From: Chlorokybus atmophyticus
Lineage: Eukaryota > Plantae > Mesostigma and Chlorokybus algae
DNA: 64,000 bases
Assembly: GCA_009103225.1 (NCBI GenBank)
Contig: RHPI01001327.1
Location: 186,001 to 250,000 of the forward strand
Direction of reading: 5' to 3'
Within the stretch, counting starts at the first letter, position 1; every line of letters starts with the position of its first letter. The notes under the pieces are model-generated. The model had not been told where the DNA came from. It ran no database searches and saw only the letters and a program-made list of their open reading frames with translations. Positions 53,918 to 64,000 of the stretch are shown piece by piece. Both the position numbers and the translations under genes were made by a program.

Positions 53918-56900
53918 GTGCGTTATTGTTGCAGTGTGGCAACTGTATCACATGCGTTGTTTTCCATGAAACTAGAGTCGTGGACGGCCGGTTGTAACCA
54001 AACATTCGTGTTGATGTTGTGTTGCTGTTGTTGCGAGCGTGTGCAAATTAGCAATGATGGCACGCACACCAAGGTGCGACCGTTTGCCAACCTTACACAC
54101 CCTCCGCATTCGTTAGTCAATCTGTATATGGATAGATATATACGGCAAAACACCAACTGGGCCATATGTTCTTCGTGTCGACGTAAACATGATTGCAAAT
54201 CAGAGTTTCTAAGCGCACTCACGCCCCGACATATCAAACGCCTATTAATTGTAGAGCCCTTGCACATCATGATGTTATCTTTACTAAACACGAGACTAAG
54301 CCTGCAAAAAGAATACCACAATTATGGTTACACGCATGGTGGCATTGACGTTGAATCCGTCTTTACTGGTCCGTTGATACAATGGTCAGATAATAGTTTG
54401 CTATTAGATGGGCATGCCACAGTTTTGCAAGATATCCGATGCGAAATGCTAGCGCAGAATGTGTATGTTCAACACTGTCGCACAATGATGGAACAGCCAC
54501 GACGTAATCTCGGAGTGGTTGTGTTGACTGCAGATGTGATTGCAAGCTTAATAAGTCATCATATTGCGCGTAACCCACATGCTGTTGATCTTGGAACCGA
54601 AGTGCATCGTGCAATATCTACATGCGTACCCGTTAAAGCGGGTAGCATGCAAAAATCGCGCAATACGTTGAAATAATGGAAAGCTTTTTGCTTGAAATTT
54701 GATGCAACGCGATACGCAAAAGGAAGTTGAGTTCTTCGTTTCTCCCATAACCACACGCAGCGCTAACATGTCAGAAATGGCGTTATTCCCGTGCGTATAT
54801 CCATGTGGCAGGCATGACTTCAGCGATACGTGCAACATTAGAACATATTTGTCATTTCGTCTCTCTTGTTTATCTTCGGTGTACACATTGTACAAGCCAT
54901 ACTTGTTATTGATGTATCAAGTTCGGCAAGCATGCCGCGTTATGAGTATGCGCTATACAGTATGTATTAAAAACGAGTTTAACAAATGTCAAAAACAAAA
55001 TCCCTTTAGTACAGATGAAATGGCGTACCAAAATATTATCAAATATCATATATTCAGTACAGTGCCACAATTGCCATTATGGCACAAGAATCAATTGATG
55101 GATGTGTTGACGTTAGTCGATCATTGGGGTCTACCTTCATTATTTCTAACTTTGACGGCTGACGAGGTGTCGTCGTCACGATGGGCAGAATTTGATAATC
55201 TAGAAACTGTTGTACAATCGGTCAATCCCAACATGACATGGCGTGATTGTCCCGTAAAAGGAGCGATATTATTTCAGGTAAGATGCACAAATTTTACAAA
55301 AAATTCATATTGGGCAAAGGTATTTTGGGCGAAATGCAGCACCACGTGTTGCGTTATGAGGTACAGCACCGCGGATCTTTACATGCACATATTATGCTGT
55401 GGGTCGCTCCACAAGATATCGACCGCGTAAGCAACGAGATTACAGCAATGGTTCCTGCAGATATAGACTCTTGCAGATATAGCCAAAAACAGATTTATAC
55501 GTCCGCAAGATCTTATACAACAGAAGTTGTTTGACCATATTATAACAAAACAGATGCATACATGTCGCGAAGATGGTTGTCGTAAACAAGGCCCATGCCA
55601 ATATGGGTTTCCATTTGCTGTACACACCGACACTTGTAAGTACGATGCGCATCAGCGTCGCTATTTATATTACCGTCCACGCCATTGCGATCGCAATGTA
55701 GTACCATGCCACCCTGCTATTGCATTATTATGGGGCGCGCACGTCAATTAACAACGCATATGCAATGAGGCATGGTCATATTACGTGTTGAAATACGTAG
55801 TCAAGTCCAAACCATCTGATAAACTCAATCTTAATCCTGTTGATGCACGCTGTTTGGGTTTAAAAGAAATGACCGACGCCGAACTGCGCGTTACGTCAGC
55901 GCTGTACATGTCAAAACCTGTGAGCCCAGCGGAAGCGGCTTTCGTATTGCTAAATATACTTATAGTGCATATGTCATCATCCATGGAATACTTGGATTCA
56001 AGACCCAGACAATTTCGCGTGATAAACATAGGTCGCGGCGCCGATCTACATAACGTTGACAAGTATTGCACACGGCCAGCCTCACTACAACACGTTACGT
56101 TTTATGATTATTTTCGAGAATACGATTGTGTCGACAGCAAAACGCATGCTACGATTGAATCTGACCATTCTACTAACAAGTACATTGACTTCATGGGTGT
56201 CACCATACACACCACCACGAAATATGTGTATCGCTTATGCCAGCCCAAAATAATCAGGTTCACCGATTATCATCCAACACATCACATGCAAGCGTATTAT
56301 TACAATGTGCTTTTGCAAAAGGTGCCATTTCGAACAGAGAATCAAATACAACCATCTGAATACGCTGATTGTTTGCAAGAATGCATTACGCGAGGAATAG
56401 TGGATGTCGACAACATCGATGAGCACTTGCATCAGTATACACAAAGGCATCTGCAAAAAGAGGTCGATGGCGAATTGTTGTCGAACATCATGCAACAAAG
56501 AATGCACAACATGCATACGACACCTATACCATCTTCTACTGACGTAGTCACAGATGCCGATGATACAAACATGTTAGAACGTGACTTCAAAATGTACACT
56601 GCCGACAAATTGATGGGCTCACAACGATCGATATGTAACAACATAATCAACAGTGGTGAAGGATTGTATGTTCTTAACGGCACTCCAGGTAGTGGCAAAA
56701 CACATATGATTAAGACACTCGCATCACATTATGCACGCCACGGAAAACATGTGTTCCTGACCGCTAGCACCGGAGCTGCAGCCAAAAGAATACATCCTGC
56801 AGCCACCACAATTCATAGCGCCTTTAAGTTGCCTTTTTGCGATGATGGCTTTATGAGCACATTGTACCCGACCGATGCAGCGTACTTGGGCATTGCAACT

Positions 56901-57374
56901 ATGGACGTGCTGATTATAGACGAATTCTCGATGCTCACAAGCAGAACGTTTAATCTGATTATGCATCGCATGCAAACCGTGCATGCATTGATGACTATAC
57001 TAGATGTGGTCACAGTAATTCTAGTCGGCGACATGCACCAAATGCCAGCCTTATGCCATCATCGAGATACACCATGCCTACAATGTCAAATTGCGACCAG
57101 TCACCGGTGGACTGATGCAAAAGTTATGCATCTGACAAGTTCTATCCGACAAGAACAAGATCCGCACTTCGCGCAATTTCTTTCGCAAATCTGGCACGCT
57201 ATTCCATCGAGCGAACAAATACGAGAGGTCTTAGCATCGTGCGTCTGTGATTTCCAAACCGTCTTACAAACTCCAGGAGAAATCACGGTCATTTGTTCGC
57301 ATGTTGACGACACAATCGTATACAACCATCTCATATTGCAGAAGTTGTTCCCTGATGCGGTCATTACAAGTTAA
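53918..57374 (+). mobile_element. Decayed Helitron Rep-helicase (HUH endonuclease + PIF1-like helicase), intronless, 3'-truncated
   Basis: EMALFPCVYPCG, GLPSLFLTLTADE (motif 1), YEVQHRGSLHAHIMLW (HUH motif 2), CQYGFPF, YVLKYVVK (motif 3), GTPGSGKT (Walker A), LIIDEFSML (Walker B), ILVGDMHQMP, IRQEQDPHF. It carries several frameshifts and a TAA at 55749-55751. Confidence 0.9.
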
Positions 57375-57848
57375 CATTAAACACCGCACCGCAAGATTGA
57401 ACACCGATACCGACGTTTCAAAGCAACGAACAAGTCTAACACGTTGCAAAATATGCGTGGCCTTCTGCGAAACGTCCATACGTGTCAATATGCCAATATG
57501 CATATACGCAATAAGATCGAAGTAACGTATGAATAACGCTAACTTACATGACCTAACGTTATGCGTAACGCCATGAACGGATAAGGCCATCGACCTATAA
57601 CACCAGTCTCATCCGTTGTGATAGGCCGCGGCTTTGGCGCAGCGGCGCGGACAATCACATAAAGCAATTGACCTGTCACTCCAGTCGCATCAATTGTGAT
57701 AGGCTGCGGCTTTGGCGGCGGCGGCAGCAGCGAAACCACCACCATTTTAGAACAGCTAGGCCAGCCAGCGGCGTCGTCGAGAAGCAGTAAGTGTTGTGAA
57801 ACGTCGCGTGCCATTCGTGGCAGAGCATTAACTTCCTGTGCGACACAG

Positions 57849-58503
57849 ATGGCTGACCTCTTCAGCGCTGCGTTCGATGCTGCGGTCAAGCCGCTCGACG
57901 AGCCTGATCCGGCAACGGACACTCCGTTGAGGGACGAGCCGCTACCTGTGACTGTCAACCAGCGGCGGTTGCTGGACAGGCTTGGGTACTTACCGGAGGA
58001 TTACTATGACCGCTACGACATTTCCTGCACCGACATCGACCGCATAATCACTTAAGGAAGACAGAACGAAAAAGATTGGAAGCGCAAATATCAGCAGGAA
58101 GTCGGCGCACCTACATGTAAATAAACCACACATTCATACTGAGTTGCTAATGACTACAAAGTTGCAAATTGCTACTGTTTTTGGTAACACCCCAATGATG
58201 ATCTAACAAGGTCGTGCATCAGGATCCGCCAAATACTTCTTTGCCAAGTTTGGCAAGCAATTCGGCCCCAACATGAATAGGTACGACGCGTTCAAGGCGC
58301 TCAGCGAGATCATGAACCGGGAACTCGGACGCGACGTAAAGACAAGGGTCATCCCGACAGTGCAGCTGTTGGAGATTATCTTTGAGTACAAAGCAGCAAC
58401 GTGGGAAAAGTGCAAGCATCTGACTCAAGAAGTGGCAGCCAAGATCATTGACGCATGGAGACAGTCGCTAAAAAGGAACAACGCTGACACAACAATGTCA
58501 TAG
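57849..58503 (+). pseudogene. Small two-exon gene made of three helical repeats, with one in-frame TAA
   Basis: Exon 1 57849-58116, GT-AG intron 58117-58210, exon 2 58211-58503 in matching phase. The TAA at 58053-58055 interrupts otherwise open coding sequence. Confidence 0.55.
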
Positions 58504-59585
58504 ACAAAAGAGGACTTATCTCCAAGACTGCTGCGACATTGCTTCGCCATCCACCGTCCCGACGCAATTAAAGATGTCCACGGTAACACCAACCAGCGCA
58601 GAGTCCCGCCACAAAAAACAAAACACACCAGATCCAGCGTGGGAGCCAGCAATACCACTTTTACAAACTGACGCATACACCAACAGGTACAATACGCATG
58701 TGCAACTCGTACATACCCTGCTACAACACAAACAATAACCACAAATTGTCAGGTGGTGTGTACGTGGGGCAATCCGTTCATCCCCACCAGCGGTTCACCT
58801 AACACGCACGTAAACCGCCCAAAAAAATAAAAGATGTGTTGATAGATGCCCCTTTTTAAGAACAAGTCACCATGGAGGTGATGGGTTCCTACGACTTGCA
58901 AGCAGAAATCGACGCTGGCACAACCCACTCGACCACAAAAGACTTGGTGCTTTTATGGTCGATTTGTGGTTATTTAATGTACCTTCCCGTTACATTCCCC
59001 CCCACTCAAGAACGCTGACGTCCGTTGCAAATTTTACACGGTGACTGACTAAGGACTGAGGGACTGACTGGTGCCTGAGCCTGCCTGAGCCTGCCTGTCG
59101 CTGCCTGAAATATTACTTTTGGACTGTTGGGTTTGCCGTTGGCTTAAGTGGACTGACGCAGACGGCCGCGGGCCGAAAGTGGTTGTCAGTGGCACTAACC
59201 GGCCAAGAGTTGTCAACCAGTTACCCTTTGGTCGATGTGCACAGACGGCCATTAGCCGGTAGTTACGGACAGCTGACAGCAATAGCCGGCAGTTTCTTTG
59301 CCGTTACACTGCTGTTAATATGTGACCCTTGCCGTTTGACAAAAGTTGGCAATTCTTGCCGTAAGCCAACACTAACATGCCATGCAGCTTGTACAAACCT
59401 TGGACTGATTGTTTGGTCTTGCACCTAAAAGCCCACAATATATACAATGTACGGGCAGTGGTGAGAGTATGTCCACGTACAACTGAGCAGCCGACTTGCG
59501 CATGAAACTACCCTATAACATTGAGTCTAGTTGTTGGACTCATGCGCAGCTTGTCAACCCGTGGTGCCTGCCTCAGAACTCCTCC

Positions 59586-60441
59586 TCAACCCCCCTCCTC
59601 ATGTTCCTCCTCCGACGAGTCTTCTGCTTCAACGCCGGAGTCATCTTCATCCGTTGCCTCGCTCGCTGACAGTACAGCGGCTACTTCGTCCTTCAGCTTG
59701 AATGTCAGCGCCTCGCCGTGCACGCGCATGCGCTTGATGGTCGCTTTGAGAGTGACCACCTGCATTTGGTAATGCTGTAAGAGTGGCGTGCTGCCAGAGG
59801 ACTAGCCCATCAGCATGCACACGCTTACCTCGTCTTCCGCTTTGTTGCACTCCGCCAGGCAGACAGTCAGCCTGCCGCGCTGCTCTTGGTTCACTCTGAC
59901 CAACATGGCAATCTGCAAGCATACTGCTTGATTACCGCTGGAAATATTAAACTAGGTCATGGATTACCCGTTCGTGGTACTCCGCAGCTTCTCTTATGCG
60001 ACTTGTGAGCTCCCGCAAGTAGAAATAGGCTGTGCATTTGCGAGATTGGTCATGCTGTTCATGTGCATGACACTGGAGGTTGTGCATGAGGGTGTGCATG
60101 TCGTATTGACAATGTATGTCAAGTGCAAGATACTTGAGGCTGTGCATGTGCAAGATAAAAGAACCCTAGCATGTGGCATTGACAGTGCATCGTAACCCAC
60201 CTTGGTTATGCCAGTCTTGTTTGGTCCCTTCAATCATGTCGCCGTGGTCGCAGCTGCTGGTGGGTCGGATTTTCTTAGAGGCAGTATTGTGGTGTGCCTT
60301 TGCCCACTCGGAGGGGGAGCCCTGTAAGATATCGCCCGAGTCACTGTTGTCATTGGATGTGCCCTTGGTAGTCTTGGTGGGGTTTGACACCGAGGACACC
60401 CCTCCGGCACCCTGCCCGCCCTGTGCGAACATGGAATTCAT
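59586..60441 (-). CDS. Hypothetical spliced protein with acidic C-terminus, 4 exons
   Basis: Phase-consistent exons MNSMFAQGG...DWHNQ|AYFYLRELTSRIREAAEYHER|IAMLVRVNQEQRGRLTVCLAECNKAEDE|VVTLKATIKRMRVHGEALTFKLKDEV...EEEHEEGG-TGA. The start is uncertain because of an N at 60444. Confidence 0.6.
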
Positions 60442-60601
60442 CNCGGACCTCGACCACAATGCCCACTACGCCCCTGGCAGCGCCGCCAACGATCCTCCAA
60501 ACGCCACATACCCTCGGCATCACGCCCCTGTAAGGGCATAGCTTGGCGGAGCTATCAATGGTGTTTTCATGCGCAGGGGGACTGACATTGCCAGAGTTGT
60601 C

Positions 60602-60804
60602 AATGGTACGAACTGCCATTGCCATTGTACAAAGGTACCATTTCAATGGTACCTTTGTACAATGCCTATACCTTTCGGCAAAGGCATCTACGTACCATTG
60701 AAACGGTTCAATCAGGATATATATATATATATAGATATATATCCAGAGACTCACCCTGGACGTGCAATGGCTCGATTGTACCATTATAATGGTACGACGG
60801 AGCC
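60602..60804. repeat. Array of palindromes and AATGGTAC motifs between divergent genes
   Basis: Perfect 20-bp-arm hairpin at 60623-60664 and an 18-bp palindrome at 60778-60795. Six AATGGTAC/GTACCATT copies and a (TA)n tract at 60715-60744. Confidence 0.9.
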
Positions 60805-60957
60805 AGTGAATGGCGGCCAAGTTTCCCGCCTCTGGCATGCAAGGGTAGCGGTAGCGGTGGCGGTGGCGGCGGCGGCGGCGGCGGCGGCGGGTGTGCGTGT
60901 TGCTGGATATGATGCAGGTTACATTGGCGACACCTGTGTCGACGTTAGTAGTGAGAT

Positions 60958-63900
60958 ATGGGAGTCCTTTGTCCGTATTGCCACATGCGCTTCGCCACAC
61001 GCAGCTCGGTCTACATGCACATTATTAGCAGCAGGGTGTGCAAGCAGATCAAGCTGTATGTCGGCCAGCGTCCATTACAGTACGATGCGGGTCATGTTGA
61101 ACCGGGGAGTGCGATCCAGGATGCTCACATGCTTGATGCTGAAGGATTCCTCCAGGAGACACACGCACAGCAGCAACAGGAGGAGGAGGAAGTGAACGAG
61201 GGCTTTCGATGTGTGCGTGTGCCTGAGAAACAAATGGCACGCCAACATAGAAGTGGAGGCGTCCCTTTGCACGCGTCGGAATCCAGGTGGTATGGCTCGG
61301 AGCATGCTCTTGCAGTGGCATTCATGCAGTGCACCAACGGCCAAGGCCTGTCGGCCTCCGATATGGGGCGGATCATCAAGTGCATCCGAAATGCACACTT
61401 CCTGACGGAAGAGCTCCAGTGGGAGACCGGTGTGCATGTGGCCAGCTACCTCTGGATCACGATTGCTTTCTCTCAGTCTGAGGTGTGTTCACGGTGTGCG
61501 GTGCATGTGCTTCAACCATCAGAGCCATGTCACATATGCACATGCCAGTGTGCTGCCGTATCAGAACTACGTGACGGCTGACCTGCGCAAGCCTGGAGAC
61601 CCTGAGGATCAGGACATCTGCGTCACATATATGTCGGCCAAGGTCTGTAAAATGCAGTACCTAATGCAGTATAGATGCAGTATCTATTCTGAGGCTAGCA
61701 TAGTAAGTAATGCTCTCGGTTGGAGCAGGTATGGCTCGCGCGGTTGTATGGCAATCCACATGCCGCCAATGGCTTCAATCTCCAGTACACTAGTGACGAG
61801 CACAGCTTTGGCCATCCTTCCACGGGCGATTGGTGGAAGGATGTGGAGGTGGATTTGAGGAGAGAGGTGGGGGAAGCGTCCTACTTGGCGCCTGCCATTC
61901 TGTACAGTGACAAGACCACGCTGGACAGCGCGGGCAAGCGCTCTGGCTACCCTCTGATGGCATCGCTTGCCAACTACAGTTGGGACATGTATGCTAGCAA
62001 CATGGGGGTTGTTATAATAGCGCTTCTGCCGGTGGTTCACGCAGTGGCCGGGCATCCCACCTGGGCGCAGGGCAAGGAATCGTTTTCCATTCGGAAACGT
62101 GAGATTTTTCATGACGCTTTGAATGTAGTGTTAGGGGATGTGAAGCGGGCGAGTTGAGAAGGTCTGCAGCTCATCGACCCGAATGGCATCGAGCGTCGTG
62201 TGTTTCCCGCGCTTGCCAACTACATCAGCGATTTGCAGGTAGTGGGCATGAATGGTTGTAACCGGATGCAGCCTGCCAGCAAACAGTGCATGGAGGATGT
62301 TGTCAGTAAAACATCTGAGTTTGTCGTGTTGTAGGAGACTGCCACACTCGCACGCACTGTGTCGGGCAACCAAACACGACATCCTTGCAATGTTTGTCTC
62401 GTCACCAAATCAGATCTGTTGGAGATGGATGAGGACTGGGAATTGAGAATCGAGGCCTTCTACACACCAGCAATACGTCAGCTGCGGGCGGACCTGCATA
62501 GCGGTGTTAGGAATGCACGCCAGACAGCCAAGGCTTTCAAAGAGCAGCACTCCATGCATGTCGAGGAGGTAATGGTCAAGTTATCGGCATTCGTGAGGAT
62601 GAATGGCTTTCCGTGAAACCAGGCAATGTGGTTTGGCAACAGAATGCACTGTGGGGTTGGCGATAGTCGCGGGTGCCGGGAGCTGACTGCTACTCTCGTC
62701 TTGCCCCTGACGCAATGCATGTGCTGGGAGGCATCATTGACCACCTGCTTGCTGCTGTGTACGACGCCGCGAAGGAACGAATGCGTCCATCTACGAGACA
62801 GATTCTGCAGGCCAGGCACGTCTTTGGTGTTGCTTTTGTGTTGAACACAAAAGCCAATGACACGTGCTCACGTGCAGATGTGCACAGGCTGAATGCATGC
62901 AAGGCGACTCTGCGGGTTTCGCACTTCAAGGCACCCACAAGCACAGTAGATTTCTTCCTGTCCGACCACTGACTTCTTCCTGTCCGACCACTCCTTTCAG
63001 GTGGTGGAGAAAGTGGCGGTGCTGCAGCTGTTGCCGGTCCTCGCAGACGGTTTGCTGCTCGACAGTGAGGGCAACGATGTCTTCACCATTGCTGCCGCAT
63101 TGCTTGCCCAGTGGAACAAGAAGTTGATCAAGGCGCATAAACACACATGAGAGACCCTGACCACAACCGACAACGAGCAGGCTGCCTTCAAAGCTGCAGT
63201 GTTGCATCCGCTACTGTCGTCATATTCTGCACAGAAGTCATGTTGGAAGATTGAGAAGATGCATCAGCTCACTCATTTTGGGCCGGCAATTGTCAGCAGT
63301 GGACACCCAGATTGGTTCAGCGCCAACCGTATGGAGCAGACGCACGCCCAAAATATCAAACGATGGGCGCGTGGTGGCAACAACCGGGACTACCAGGCAC
63401 GTATCTTGAAGGCATGGAGCTGTGCGGAATATGTGAGAGAGGATGGCATGGTCGTGGATCCCGAGATGCGCTCGGTCATGGCGCAGGCGCGGCAGCAGTG
63501 CTGTAATGTCATGGAAAAGACGGACAAGTTGCTACGGATGGATGTGCTGACAAGGAGGGAGTTCAGCCCGTACTGGAGCGGATCTGCGCGTAGCCGCCAA
63601 GTCGCCTTGAAGACTCCATTCGCCGACAAGCTGCCTGCCACCCTGGACAGCTGGTTGAGGACTCCTCGGAGGGAACAACTGGAGTGGGCCGACGGGTGGC
63701 GTGCTGTTTGCGTGGTGGACGGAGGCGCAGCGGTGTACATGACATCAGGAGTCACCATGGCGCGCGCAACTGGGATGTTCCATGGGCGGCCTTGGTTCTC
63801 TACACTTGAGTTGGAAGGTGATGAGGACGGTGTGAACGTGACGTGGTGGGCTCAGGCACTCCTTTTTCTGCGCGTGGTGGTGTGGGGTGGTAGCGGCGAG

Positions 63901-64000
63901 CGCGTGTGGAAGGAGGTCGTGTTTGTCCGCTGGTACACGAAGCTGGATGTGACGAGAGACACAAAGTGCATCGCTCTGGAATGGGAAAAGCGTCGAGGCG
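60958..64000 (+). mobile_element. Plavaka-type (CMC/CACTA-related) DDE transposase, decayed, running off the window end
   Basis: N-terminal CPYC...H zinc finger. HPSTGDWW, PAILYSDKTTL...YPLMASLAN, REIFHDAL, VFPALANYISDL, CNVCLVTK, LAPDAMHVLGG, KIEKMHQLTHF...FSANRMEQTH, RATGMFHGRPWFS...VFVRWY. Lesions are a TGA at 62155-62157, a 22-bp tandem duplication at 62952-62992 and a frameshift near 63150. Confidence 0.82.

Overview
Eukaryotic nuclear DNA from an intron-rich green alga (Viridiplantae). The proteins resemble land-plant homologues, so an early streptophyte alga is plausible (inference). The code is standard and there are four N gaps, each bordered by a G or C homopolymer. Bases 1-33 kb are a gene-dense housekeeping block: CSN7, DIM1, an NAD(P)-binding Rossmann protein, mitochondrial-type ClpP, PPIP5K/VIP1, a GCK-domain protein, an orphan polyQ gene, a 2Fe-2S ferredoxin-like protein, a Mit_KHE1-family gene and an RPC7/C31-like Pol III subunit. 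Bases 33.7-47.1 kb are a tandem duplication carrying two spliced genes with SAM-like + restriction-endonuclease-like + protein-kinase architecture (Crinkler/CR-effector-like), whose divergence is strongly mosaic. A BRO1-domain gene and a partial KHE1 pseudogene follow. From 52.6 kb to the end is a mobile-element island: a 5'-truncated Penelope-like RT, a decayed Helitron Rep-helicase, two small orphan spliced genes, a dense palindrome array and a decayed Plavaka-type transposase. The best leads are the SAM-REase-kinase pair, two conserved alternative terminal exons of PPIP5K, and the structured TE island. Gene models were spliced by eye; outer coordinates are reliable and some internal exons are not. 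No database searches were run.
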